Program-made: the position numbers and the translations under genes | In this document: in pieces, positions 36,855 to 46,317 of the stretch | How positions within the stretch are numbered: position 1 is the stretch's first letter | Layout of the letters: each line of letters starts with the position of its first letter | Source of the DNA: an uncultured Sphingomonadaceae bacterium | GTDB lineage: Bacteria; Pseudomonadota; Alphaproteobacteria; Sphingomonadales; Sphingomonadaceae | Direction of reading: 5' to 3' | DNA: 64,000 nucleotides | Assembly: GCA_964401045.1 (NCBI GenBank) | Contig: CAYNXB010000001.1 | Span: 2,518-66,517, forward strand | The notes under the pieces: generated by a model | Told to the model about the DNA's origin: nothing | The model's database searches: none | The model's input: only the letters and a program-made list of their open reading frames with translations

Positions 36855-37397
36855 ATGACCTCTTCTGCGCTCGATCGGACGGTCGCCGAGCGGCCGGACT
36901 TCCATCTCATCACCCGCTCGGGAGTTCGGCTGCGTCTGCGGCAAGTCAGAGCGGACGACGGAGCAGACCTGAAAAAACTTCTCGGCAGCCTCACGCCGGA
37001 GGATCTCCGATTCCGCTTTCTGGTCTCGCAGAATGAGCCCGATGCCGCGCAGATCGGGCGGCTGCTCACGGTCGATCACCGGCGAACGGAGCACGTCCTC
37101 GCCATTGACGAGCTCACATGCCAGCCGGTCGCGAGCCTGATGATCGTGGCCGACCCCCAGATGCAAACAGCGGAAGTGGCGATCGCCATCGCGTCCGGTG
37201 CGCGTAACCGCGGTATCGGCTGGGCCTTGCTCAGGCACGCCGCAGACCTGGCGCGAGCGCGTGGCATCAAGAAGCTGCGCTCGATCGAAAGCCGCGCGAA
37301 CCATGACGCGCTCGAAGTCGAACATACCCTTGGTTTCCGCTCTTCCACTGTCGAAGACGACCCTGCCCTGGTGATGGTGGAGGCGGACCTTGCCTGA
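36855..37397 (+). CDS. GNAT family acetyltransferase, Pat-like (protein lysine acetyltransferase-type) domain
   Basis: ATG 36855 follows GAGGGAG, 21 nt after the USP stop. VRLRLRQVRADDGADLKKLLGSLTPEDLRFRFL resembles the L-R-P-I-R-P-x-D...F...LS-x-E-x-x-Y/R-x-RFF N-terminal signature of Pat/PatZ GNAT domains (recollection). The acetyl-CoA loop is ARNRGIGWALL. Confidence 0.7.
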   Translation: MTSSALDRTVAERPDFHLITRSGVRLRLRQVRADDGADLKKLLGSLTPEDLRFRFLVSQNEPDAAQIGRLLTVDHRRTEHVLAIDELTCQPVASLMIVADPQMQTAEVAIAIASGARNRGIGWALLRHAADLARARGIKKLRSIESRANHDALEVEHTLGFRSSTVEDDPALVMVEADLA

Positions 37398-38598
37398 CCC
37401 GCGTTCCAGCTATGCGCGTGCCTGCGTTCACGGCATCGTTTGGACAATCGCATTATTCGTGGTGCTCTTTGCGACCGCGCTCATCGCCGCCGAGCCCCCG
37501 TCTTCGCGCCAGTGGGACCGCCGGTCCGCAACGGTCTTGCTTGCGTATATCGAGACGCTCGAGACGCATGGACTGGACCCGGCCGACTACGCGCCGTCCG
37601 AACTGCGCGCCGCGCTGAGCTCCGGCGAACAAGGCGAGATCGAGCGTCGTGCCACGCAAAGCTTTGCATTGGTGGCGCACGACCTCGCCTCGGGCCATCT
37701 GCGGCCAGACCAGCGCGGTCGCTATTTCATTCCCTCTGACGTGCCGGACCCGGTCCACACAGCCAATCTGATCGATCAGGCCCTGATCCATAACGATGTC
37801 GCAGGTTCGCTCGAAAGCCTTGCACCGCAGGATCACCAATATCTCGCACTGCGCGCGGCGCTTTGGAAGCTGAGGCCGGGCCAGGTCGACGAGCGGCACA
37901 AGATCGAGGCAAATCTGGAGCGCTGGCGGTGGCTGCCGCGCAATCTCGGTTCGCGCTATCTGGTGGTCAACATCCCCGAATACCAGGCGCGCCTGTTCGA
38001 CGCAGGACAGGTCGTCGCGTCGCACCGTGTCATCGTGGGAAAGACCAGCACCCCCACGCCTCGGTTTCGCGCGGAGGTCAGCGGCGTTATTCTGAATCCC
38101 TCCTGGAGCGTTCCGCAATCGATCATCGCCGAGAGCGTCGGCAAGCTGGTGCGCAATCAGCCGGCCGTCGCGCGAACACGCGGCTATACATGGAGCTTCG
38201 CCAATGGCGGCCTGCGCGTAACGCAACAGCCGGGACCGCAGAATGCGCTGGGGCAGATGAAGCTCGACATGCCAAACCCGTTCACGGTTTACATGCACGA
38301 CACCCCGACCAAGGAGCTGTTCGACAGGGACGTGCGGGCACTCAGCCACGGCTGCATCCGCACGCAGAACCCACTCGACCTCGCCGCCGTCTTGCTTGCC
38401 GGAACCGAGTGGACCGCAGCCAGGATTGCGGACACCGTCGCCACGCGGCGGACGACGCGAGCAGAGCTGTTTCGGCCGGTTCCAGTATACGTCGTTTACC
38501 TGACGGCCGTCGCCGACGACCTCGGGACAATCCGCTACCTCGACGATCCCTACGAGCTCGACCATTCGATCGCCGGGTTGCTGGCCAGGACGGGGTGA
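37390..38598 (+). CDS. L,D-transpeptidase family protein (YkuD domain, YcbB-like)
   Basis: TTG 37390 overlaps the GNAT 3' end by 8 nt. A TM anchor is followed by the catalytic region YMHDTP...LSHGCIR. Confidence 0.85.
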   Translation: MPDPRSSYARACVHGIVWTIALFVVLFATALIAAEPPSSRQWDRRSATVLLAYIETLETHGLDPADYAPSELRAALSSGEQGEIERRATQSFALVAHDLASGHLRPDQRGRYFIPSDVPDPVHTANLIDQALIHNDVAGSLESLAPQDHQYLALRAALWKLRPGQVDERHKIEANLERWRWLPRNLGSRYLVVNIPEYQARLFDAGQVVASHRVIVGKTSTPTPRFRAEVSGVILNPSWSVPQSIIAESVGKLVRNQPAVARTRGYTWSFANGGLRVTQQPGPQNALGQMKLDMPNPFTVYMHDTPTKELFDRDVRALSHGCIRTQNPLDLAAVLLAGTEWTAARIADTVATRRTTRAELFRPVPVYVVYLTAVADDLGTIRYLDDPYELDHSIAGLLARTG

Positions 38599-38743
38599 CG
38601 GGCCACAGTCGCAACAGCTGGATGCATCATGGACGCGGGGGAGCGCGCCAAATTGGCTGGGTGATAGAGCGACGGCGGGCTAAGCTATAACCCGAGGTAG
38701 CCGCCGGGCGGGATCGCAGCGAGATATCAATGATTGCTTCGAG

Positions 38744-39820
38744 GTGACGACGAATCCGCAAGGAAGCACGGGCCGCACAGCGCGCGCGCGCCAGCTTTAC
38801 CTCACCGCGGCTATCGTACTCCTTGCGTTGTGGATCGCGTTGCCGTTTCTGACGCCAATAGCGTGGGCCGCCATTCTCGCGATCGTAGAATGGCCGCTTT
38901 ATGAGCGGGCTGTCCGTCGTAGCTCGCGCCGCCCGCTCTTCGTGGCGCTGACCTTTACCGTCGCAACCGGCCTGTTGGTGGTGCTTCCCTTGTCCGTTGC
39001 AGCGGTGTCGCTCGCCCAGGAAAGCCAGAACGCGCTCAGCTGGTTGCAGCACGCACAGCGCTTCGGCGCCCCGGTTCCCGGTTGGCTCGAGGGCCTGCCG
39101 CTAATCGGTTCACGGCTTGCGAGTTGGTGGCAGGAACACCTGGCCTCACCGGAAGGCGCCAACGCGCTGCTCGGCACCATCAGCGCAGGATCGGCACTCG
39201 GCTGGACGCGTTCGATAGCGAGCGAGGTGGCGAGGGATTCGGCCCTGTTTCTGATCACGCTGGTGATGCTTGCCTCACTGCTCGATCGCGGCAGCCGGAT
39301 CGCAGGGCAGTGCAGGGTTCTCGCGGCCCGAATGTTCGGCGCCTTCGGCGAGGATTTTGTGCATCGGCTGATCGGTGCAGTTCGCTCGACTGTCATCGGC
39401 ACTGTGCTCGTATCGTTCGTCGAAGGCGCATTGATCGGCGCGGCCTATGTGGCGGCGGGCGTGCCTCAGGCGTTGTTGTTTGCCACCTTCACGATCCTGC
39501 TCGCCCTGGTGCCTTTCGGTGCCTGGGCGGCATTCGGATTGGCCAGCCTTATTCTGATCGGCAGCGGGAGCGCCCTTGCCGGCGTGCTGCTGTTTCTCTT
39601 CTCGGCGATCGTCATGACGGTCGGCGACAATGTGGTGCAACCGATTGTGGTGGGCAGCGCGGTCGAACTGCCTGTCATCCTTGCGCTGATCGGCGCGTTT
39701 GGGGGACTCGCTGCACTCGGATTGGTCGGCCTGTTCATCGGCCCCGTCATCATGGCAGCGCTCTTGCTTGTCATGCAGGAGTGGATAACGCCGTCCCAGG
39801 AGCGGTCCGGAGCAGGGTGA
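38744..39820 (+). CDS. AI-2E family transporter (PerM/UPF0118)
   Basis: GTG 38744; 358 aa with about 8 TM helices and a family-typical C-terminal half (...LLALVPFGAW..., GLFIGPVIMAALL). Confidence 0.82.
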   Translation: MTTNPQGSTGRTARARQLYLTAAIVLLALWIALPFLTPIAWAAILAIVEWPLYERAVRRSSRRPLFVALTFTVATGLLVVLPLSVAAVSLAQESQNALSWLQHAQRFGAPVPGWLEGLPLIGSRLASWWQEHLASPEGANALLGTISAGSALGWTRSIASEVARDSALFLITLVMLASLLDRGSRIAGQCRVLAARMFGAFGEDFVHRLIGAVRSTVIGTVLVSFVEGALIGAAYVAAGVPQALLFATFTILLALVPFGAWAAFGLASLILIGSGSALAGVLLFLFSAIVMTVGDNVVQPIVVGSAVELPVILALIGAFGGLAALGLVGLFIGPVIMAALLLVMQEWITPSQERSGAG

Positions 39821-40008
39821 GTTCCAGCCAGACTGCTTTGCGCCCAACCCGCGCCGTTCCAATGCCCGGCTCGCGTTCGCCGAAAGCCAACGTTGATTTA
39901 TGTTCGCGGCGCTGGCGGGCACCGGCTGCATCTGGGATTTTCCGATCGGCCCGCTTTTTGGCCATGCGTTCGCAAAAAAAGCCGCTCGCCAGGCGGACGT
40001 GCTGCGCA

Positions 40009-40905
40009 TCACTCGCGCGAAATGGACGTGCCGGCAAGAAGCGAAGCATGGGCGGCGAGCTTGCGGGATATGAACTCGGTGAAGAGCCGCACGCGCTTCG
40101 TCTTGCGTGTCTCCCCCTGTGTAAGAGTCCAGAGCGTTCCGTACATGTGCAGGTCGGTGCCCGGTACCCTCGCCAGCAGGGGGTCGGCATCTCCGACGAA
40201 GCACGGCAGTGTCGTGATCCCGAGCCCTTCGCGTACAGCCGCGATCTCCGCCGCGGCGTCCGTGACCCTGAATGGCACCCCCGCGGTACGAACCTCTCCT
40301 TCGCTGGCCCAAGCCGGAATGCCATGCATGCTGATGACGATCCACCGGATGGCATCAGGCGCGCCCGCGCGCCACGCGGCCAATAGGTCTCGAGACATGT
40401 AGACGCCGCCGAACAGATCCGGCCCCTTCAGGCCGTGAAGGTTGAGCGGTAGGGTTTTGCGGTCGTAGACGACGCGGAGCGCCACGTCGGCCTCGCGGTT
40501 GGTCAGATTTGCCAGCTCGCCGGATGACAGGATTTCCATCTCGATGTCGGGATGGAGACGCGCGAAATCAGCCAGGTCCGACATGAGGAGGTGTGTCACG
40601 AGCATCGGTGTCAACGTCATCCGCAAAAGGCCGCGCACGCTCTGGTCGCGCCCGAACACGCGCGTCTCCAGCTGGAGTGAAGAGGTTTCCATTTGGGTGG
40701 CGAGCTCGAGGACCTCCTCGCCTGCCGCCGTCAGGCGATAGCCCGAGGGCAGCTTCTCGAACAACTGCGCGCCCAGCCGCTCCTCCAATTGGGCAATGCG
40801 TCGCAGCACAGTAGCGTGGTTCACCCCGAGGCGCTTGGCGGCGGCCCGCACTGACCCGCCGCGCGCGGTGGCAAGAAAGTAGCGAACGTCATCCCAGTCG
40901 ATCAT
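40009..40905 (-). CDS. LysR family transcriptional regulator
   Basis: ATG 40905 (MIDWDDVRYFLATARGGSVRAAAKRLGVNHATVLRRI) gives the wHTH, followed by a LysR substrate-binding domain. Confidence 0.9.
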   Translation of the reverse strand: MIDWDDVRYFLATARGGSVRAAAKRLGVNHATVLRRIAQLEERLGAQLFEKLPSGYRLTAAGEEVLELATQMETSSLQLETRVFGRDQSVRGLLRMTLTPMLVTHLLMSDLADFARLHPDIEMEILSSGELANLTNREADVALRVVYDRKTLPLNLHGLKGPDLFGGVYMSRDLLAAWRAGAPDAIRWIVISMHGIPAWASEGEVRTAGVPFRVTDAAAEIAAVREGLGITTLPCFVGDADPLLARVPGTDLHMYGTLWTLTQGETRKTKRVRLFTEFISRKLAAHASLLAGTSISRE

Positions 40906-41012
40906 GGTGCATTCCCGCGCCGCCAGCCGCATGCTCCAAAGTCTGTTCTAGCACAGTGGGCTGGGCCTGCGCGACTATCGTGGCGCGCTCAGTATTCCGG
41001 CTGGATCGTTTT

Positions 41013-41029
41013 TGCACCACCGATGTGCA
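41013..41029. promoter_or_regulatory. inverted repeat TGCAC-N7-GTGCA in LysR/SDR divergent region (candidate LysR site)
   Basis: TGCACCACCGATGTGCA is a perfect 5-bp-arm palindrome lying between lysR (start 40905) and the SDR gene (start 41132). Confidence 0.3.
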
Positions 41030-41131
41030 GGGTTTCGCACTCACCGCCTGCCTTGGGCGAGCCCATGTTCAGGGCCTCCGCGGACATCCCGTCCGCAAAG
41101 AGCCGAGACGGCAAAACAAGGACGGCACACT

Positions 41132-41866
41132 ATGACCAGACTGGATGGAAAGACCGCCGTCATCACCGGTGGCGCCACCGGGATCGGGCTCGCCGCGGCA
41201 AAGCGCTTCATTGAGGAGGGCGCCTTCGTCTTCATCTTCGGCCGCCGGCAGGAAGCGCTCGACGCGGCCATGGCAGGGCTTGGACCCAATGCCCGGGCGG
41301 TGAAGGGCTCGGTTTCCGATGAGGCCGATCTCGACCGACTTTACGCCGCGGTGCAGGCCGGGCGCGGAGGCCTGGACATCGTCTTCGCCAACGCCGGCGT
41401 GGGAAGCCAGCTTAAGCTCGGCGAGATCACCGCGGCGCACATCGACGAGACCTTCGCCATCAATGTGAAGGGTACGATCTTCACGATCCAGAAGGCGTTG
41501 CCGCTGATGGGCGAAGGCGGTTCGATCATCCTGACCGGATCGAGCGCCGGCACCACGGGCGCCCCGGCGTTCACCGCCTACAGCGCGAGTAAGGCAGCCG
41601 TGCGCAATCTCGCGCGGACCTGGGCGGAGGAACTGAAGGGCACCCGCATTCGGGTGAACGTGCTGTCGCCAGGGCCGACGGCGACCGAACTAGCCAAGGC
41701 GGCGCTCGGCGATGAAGGTCAGAAGGCCTACGGCTCGATGACCGCGCTCCAGCGCATGGCCGATCCGGCGGAGATCGCTGCAGCGGCAGCCTTTCTCGCA
41801 TCATCGGACAGCAGCTTCATGACCGCCAGCGAACTCGCCGTCGACGGCGGGCTGGCGCAACTCTGA
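41132..41866 (+). CDS. SDR family oxidoreductase
   Basis: ATG 41132. It has TGGATGIG, NAG, the catalytic YSASK and the conserved PGPTAT loop. Confidence 0.9.
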   Translation: MTRLDGKTAVITGGATGIGLAAAKRFIEEGAFVFIFGRRQEALDAAMAGLGPNARAVKGSVSDEADLDRLYAAVQAGRGGLDIVFANAGVGSQLKLGEITAAHIDETFAINVKGTIFTIQKALPLMGEGGSIILTGSSAGTTGAPAFTAYSASKAAVRNLARTWAEELKGTRIRVNVLSPGPTATELAKAALGDEGQKAYGSMTALQRMADPAEIAAAAAFLASSDSSFMTASELAVDGGLAQL

Positions 41867-41888
41867 CCCGGGCGAGGTCCCGCACACA

Positions 41889-42656
41889 ATGAAGGATAAG
41901 ATTATGAAGAAGCTTGAAGACAAGGTCGCCGTCATCACGGGCGGCAGCAGCGGAATCGGATTGGCCACGGCCAAGCGCTTCGTTGAAGAAGGCGCGCACG
42001 TCGTGATCACCGGGCGACGAGAGGATGAGCTGAAGAAGGCCGCGGCCTACATTAAGGGAAACGTCACGACGGTCGTGGGCGACGTCTCGCGCTTGGAAGA
42101 CCTGGATCGGCTCTACGCCGTCGTGAAAGCGAAGCATGGTCGCGTCAACATTCTTTTCGCGAACGCAGGCGCAGGGACGATCGCTCCGCTTTCGGGAGCT
42201 ACCGAGGCCCATTTTGATCAGACTTTCGACGTAAACGTGAAGGGGCTGTTCTTCACAGTCCAGAAGGCCCTTCCCCTCTTCACAGACGGCGGATCGATTG
42301 TCCTCAACTCCTCGGTCTCAAACGTGTTGGGACTGCCAGGGTTCAGCGCCTACGCCGCGAGTAAGGCGGCAGTGCGAAACTTTGCTCGCGCTTGGACACT
42401 GGAGCTGAAAGATCGCAAAATCCGCGTGAATTCGGTGAGCCCGGGGCCAACCGAAACCCCGGCGTTAGAGACAACGACGGGACTTACCTCCGAGCAAGCA
42501 GAGCAAGCGGCCGCCCAATTCGCTTCGCAGATCCCGATGGGCCGCAGAGGCAAGCCGGAGGAAATCGCGTCCGCCGTCACGTTCCTCGCCTCCGATGAAA
42601 GTTCTTACATCACCGGCGTGGATCTCGCCGTCGATGGCGGCATGGCGCAGGTCTGA
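41889..42656 (+). CDS. SDR family oxidoreductase (paralog)
   Basis: TGGSSGIG, NAG, YAASK and PGPTET are present. It is visibly more A/T-rich in third positions at its 5' end than its neighbours. Start is ATG 41889 or ATG 41904. Confidence 0.9.
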   Translation: MKDKIMKKLEDKVAVITGGSSGIGLATAKRFVEEGAHVVITGRREDELKKAAAYIKGNVTTVVGDVSRLEDLDRLYAVVKAKHGRVNILFANAGAGTIAPLSGATEAHFDQTFDVNVKGLFFTVQKALPLFTDGGSIVLNSSVSNVLGLPGFSAYAASKAAVRNFARAWTLELKDRKIRVNSVSPGPTETPALETTTGLTSEQAEQAAAQFASQIPMGRRGKPEEIASAVTFLASDESSYITGVDLAVDGGMAQV

Positions 42657-42688
42657 CCCCTCGCATCAAACAAGATCGGAGAGACATC

Positions 42689-43288
42689 ATGAACTACGCA
42701 ATCATCGGCTTCGGCGAGATCGGCCAGACCCTGGCCAGGGCATTTGCCCGACGCGGCATCGACGTATCCGTCGCCACCACGCGCGACCCGGAGAGCTTTG
42801 CATCCGCCGCGGCAGCGATCGGACCCGGGATCACTCCCAAAACGCTCGCGGAAGCCGTCGAGGCAGACGTCATCTTCCTGGCTGTCCGGTTCCAGTCGCA
42901 CCCGGATGTCGCGAAGGCGCTGCCCAACTGGCGGGGGAAGATCATCGTCGATGTGACCAACGCATACGGCGTGCCCGATGAAGACCTGGGCGGGCAGCCT
43001 TCCGCAAGGGTCGTCGCCCAGGCCTTCGCCGGCGGCAGGCTGGTCAAGGGCTTCAACCACCTGGTCGCTGCCGTGCTCGACCAGGATCCGGCCGTCCAGG
43101 GCGGCAAGAGAGTCGTGTTCCTGGCGAGCGACGATGACGCCGCAGCCGAGGAGATCGCGACGCTCGCGGGACATCTCGGCTTCGCGCCGATCAAACTTGG
43201 CGGACTTTCGGAAGGTGGCCTGCTTGTGCAGGCGCACGGGAATAGCTGGGGCCGACTGATCTTCAAGGACCTGGTCAAGTTCGACTGA
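42689..43288 (+). CDS. NAD(P)-binding oxidoreductase (NADP oxidoreductase coenzyme F420-dependent / ProC-like family)
   Basis: 199 aa with the Rossmann motif IIGFGEIGQTLA and family-typical VIFLAV...IVDVTN. Confidence 0.78.
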   Translation: MNYAIIGFGEIGQTLARAFARRGIDVSVATTRDPESFASAAAAIGPGITPKTLAEAVEADVIFLAVRFQSHPDVAKALPNWRGKIIVDVTNAYGVPDEDLGGQPSARVVAQAFAGGRLVKGFNHLVAAVLDQDPAVQGGKRVVFLASDDDAAAEEIATLAGHLGFAPIKLGGLSEGGLLVQAHGNSWGRLIFKDLVKFD

Positions 43289-43352
43289 AACAGGTCTCCA
43301 CCGGAGAATATCTCATGGCAAACCCGACGACCGGCGAGCGAGAGAGAGCAGC

Positions 43353-44165
43353 ATGATCATCGATCTGACCGGCCGCAAGGCCATCGTTACCGGGTCCACC
43401 GCCGGCATTGGCCGTGCCACAGCGGAAGGGCTGGCGCGCGCCGGCGCCGCGGTCGTCGTCAATGGCCGCACCGACGCGCGCGTCGAGGAGGCCGTGCGAC
43501 AGATTCTCCAGGCAGCGCCCCATGCCGACATCACCGGCGTCGCGGCGGACATGGCGACGGGCGAAGGCGTGGCGGCGCTGATCGCAGCGGCGCCTGACGC
43601 TGACATTCTCGTCAACAATGTCGGGACCGCCCATATCCGGGAGTATCACAGCGTCGACGACATCGCCGCCATTCCCGACGAAGAGTGGCTGGGCCTGTTC
43701 CAGCTCAACGTCATGAGCGGCGTGCGCGCGACGCGGCACTATTTGCCCCGGATGGTAGGCCGGGGTTGGGGGCGTGTCGTATTCGTGAGCAGCGAATCCG
43801 CCGTCAACATCCCCAAGGAAATGCTCGACTACGGCATGACCAAGACCGCGCAGCTCGCGGTGTCGCGCGGGTTCGCGGAGGCCGTGGCGGGCACTGGCGT
43901 GACGGTCAACGCCGTCCTGCCCGGTCCGACTCGCTCCGAAATCCTCGGCGATTTCATGGCGCAACAGGCGGAGGCGCAGGGCATCACGCAGGATGAGGCC
44001 GAACAAGGCTTCCTCGCGGCGATGCGCCCGACCAGCCTGCTCGGCCGCTTCGCGACGACCGACGAGGTCGCCAACATGATCGTCTACGCCTGCTCCGAAC
44101 AGGCTTCGGCGACGAGCGGCGCGGCATTGCGGGTAGACGGCGGCGTGGTGCGCTTCGTCGGCTGA
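43353..44165 (+). CDS. SDR family oxidoreductase
   Basis: 270 aa with TGSTAGIG, NNVG and the catalytic Y-x3-K (YGMTK). Confidence 0.88.
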   Translation: MIIDLTGRKAIVTGSTAGIGRATAEGLARAGAAVVVNGRTDARVEEAVRQILQAAPHADITGVAADMATGEGVAALIAAAPDADILVNNVGTAHIREYHSVDDIAAIPDEEWLGLFQLNVMSGVRATRHYLPRMVGRGWGRVVFVSSESAVNIPKEMLDYGMTKTAQLAVSRGFAEAVAGTGVTVNAVLPGPTRSEILGDFMAQQAEAQGITQDEAEQGFLAAMRPTSLLGRFATTDEVANMIVYACSEQASATSGAALRVDGGVVRFVG

Positions 44166-44317
44166 TCCGTCTGCGCTACGCCGCGGCGACAAATTTTCGC
44201 AGCACGGCGAACGGCAGCTCTCGCTGAAAGCCGACGCCCCACCGGGGCGCGGCCGTGAGCAGCCGGCGGCGCTTCAGGCAAATCGGCATGGGCAGTGCTT
44301 CCCCGTTCTGCCGCCGA

Positions 44318-45067
44318 TCACAGGAGCGCCATGCCGCCGTCGACCTTCAGCTCGATTCCCGTGACAAAGCTCGCTTGGTCCGAAGCGAGAAATAGTGCCG
44401 CTTGCGCCAGTTCCGCCGGCCGGCCCAAGCGGCCAAGCGGGATCGAGGCCGCGATCCGTTTCTCGAACTCGGCCCGCTCTTCGGGCGCGACGCCCATCTT
44501 CTCGATGATCGCGGTGTCGGTCGGGCCGGGACTGAGGACATTTACCCTGACGCGACGCGCCATGAGCTCGATGGCCCAGCTGCGCGCGAACGCGGCGACT
44601 GCTGCCTTCGACCCGGCATAGACCGCATGTCCCTCGAACACCCGGCTGCTGGCCAACGAGCCGGTGAGCACGATCGCGCCGCCGTCCTGCATGATCGGGA
44701 CGATCTTCTGGACGCCGAAGAAGGTGCCGCGCGCGTTGACCGCGAAGACCATGTCGAACTCGGCGGGCGAGACCTCTGCGGAGTGCCGGACAGTGTTGAC
44801 GCCGGCATTGGCGACGTAGGCGTCCAGGCCACCGAACCGGTCGGCGATCTGCTTCGCGACGGCCTCGTGGTGCCGTGGATCGGCGACATCTCCGGGGATG
44901 ACGAGCGTGCCGGGACCTATCAGGTCCGCCGCCCGATCGAGCGCCTCGCGATTGCGGCCGGTGATCGCCACCCTGGCCCCTTCCGACGCGAACAGCGTCG
45001 CTATGGCCAGCCCGATGCCGCCGTTGCCGCCGGTGACCAGGGCCACCTTGTCCTTGAGTAGGTTCAT
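44318..45067 (-). CDS. SDR family oxidoreductase (paralog of 41132/41889)
   Basis: ATG 45067 (MNLLKDKVALVTGGNGGIG), with NAG, YAGSK and PGPTDT. The upstream extension of the track ORF is rejected. Confidence 0.9.
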   Translation of the reverse strand: MNLLKDKVALVTGGNGGIGLAIATLFASEGARVAITGRNREALDRAADLIGPGTLVIPGDVADPRHHEAVAKQIADRFGGLDAYVANAGVNTVRHSAEVSPAEFDMVFAVNARGTFFGVQKIVPIMQDGGAIVLTGSLASSRVFEGHAVYAGSKAAVAAFARSWAIELMARRVRVNVLSPGPTDTAIIEKMGVAPEERAEFEKRIAASIPLGRLGRPAELAQAALFLASDQASFVTGIELKVDGGMALL

Positions 45068-45318
45068 TCCCGCAACTCCAGTTGTTGGCGGGCCTGCGAT
45101 GGGCGAGGCCCAGGCTCGCCGCGCGACCGTCGCGGTCACGCCACTGGCTCCGAAAATGCGCGCAGGGCGAAGCCTCGGCCAGCTGACCGCAGGTATTCGC
45201 CGCGCCATGCCGACGGCGCTCGCGGCGGGGGAGCGCCATGCCCGGAGCGTGTCGTTTCCTATCCTCACGTAGAACCGACCCCCGCCCGGGGGATAGCTCG
45301 TGCCGGCGCGGTGCGCGG

Positions 45319-46317
45319 CTAGGATCGCGTCCTAATCCGGCTGGTGATCCCAAGCGAGGCCGCATGGCTCGCGGCCGCGCGCCGCAAGGCATTGGGGGAC
45401 CGCCCAAATGTTCGGATGAAGGCCCTGCGCATGCGCTCGGCATCGCCAAAGCCGACCGCGGCGGCAATCGTGTCGAGCGTTTCGCTGCCATCCTCCACCC
45501 GCGGCCGAGCCGCCTCCGCACGCAAGCGCTCCACTGCCTTGGCCGGCGGGATTCCCGTAGCTGTAGTGAAGGATCGGCTGAACTGGCGCACGCTCAGTCT
45601 CGAGACCGCGGCCAGGGTCTCGACTGAGAGCTGTTCGTGGAGATGCTCGCGGGCGAACGACAGCACGTCATGAATGCGGTCCGAACCGGGGTCGAGATCG
45701 AGCAGCGAGGAGTACTGCATCTGTCCCCCTGGACGCCTGTAATATACGACCATCATGCGGGCCACGGTCTGCGCCAGTTCACGCCCCAGATCCTCCTCGA
45801 TCAACGCGAGGGTGAGGTCGATTCCAGCCGACATTCCGGCGGACGTCCAGATCCCCCCGTCGTTGACGTAGATCCGGTCGCCCGCGACGCTGATCGCAGG
45901 AAACCTTTCCTGCATAAGCGGTGCCCAGCGCCAATGTGTCGTCGCCGTGCGCCCGTCGAGAACGCCGCATTGCGCCAGCAGGAACGCTCCCATGCACACG
46001 CTTGCCGTGCGGCGGGCGCTGGCGGAGGCGTCGCGCAGGAACTCGACGGCGGCTTGCGGTGCCGGGCCGTTCGACAGCCCGGGATCGCCGACAACGACGA
46101 ATGTGTCGAGGCCAGTGGAGGAAACCGGAATGGTCGAGACCATCAGCCCCGAGGAAGAGGCGACGGAGCTCCCTTCGATCGACATGAACGAGAAGTGATA
46201 GCTGCCCGGCGCGAGCAGGTTCGCGGTGGAGAAGGCTTCAAGCGGACCGCTGAGGTCGAGCAATACGAAGCCGGGATAGACAAAGAAGCCGACATGGCGG
46301 GAGACGTCCGAAATCAT
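45319..46317 (-). CDS. GlxA family transcriptional regulator (DJ-1/PfpI domain + AraC HTH)
   Basis: ATG 46317. The N-terminal DJ-1/PfpI-like domain (VCMGAFLLAQCGVLDGRTATTHW) is followed by C-terminal AraC-type HTHs. Confidence 0.88.
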   Translation of the reverse strand: MISDVSRHVGFFVYPGFVLLDLSGPLEAFSTANLLAPGSYHFSFMSIEGSSVASSSGLMVSTIPVSSTGLDTFVVVGDPGLSNGPAPQAAVEFLRDASASARRTASVCMGAFLLAQCGVLDGRTATTHWRWAPLMQERFPAISVAGDRIYVNDGGIWTSAGMSAGIDLTLALIEEDLGRELAQTVARMMVVYYRRPGGQMQYSSLLDLDPGSDRIHDVLSFAREHLHEQLSVETLAAVSRLSVRQFSRSFTTATGIPPAKAVERLRAEAARPRVEDGSETLDTIAAAVGFGDAERMRRAFIRTFGRSPNALRRAAASHAASLGITSRIRTRS

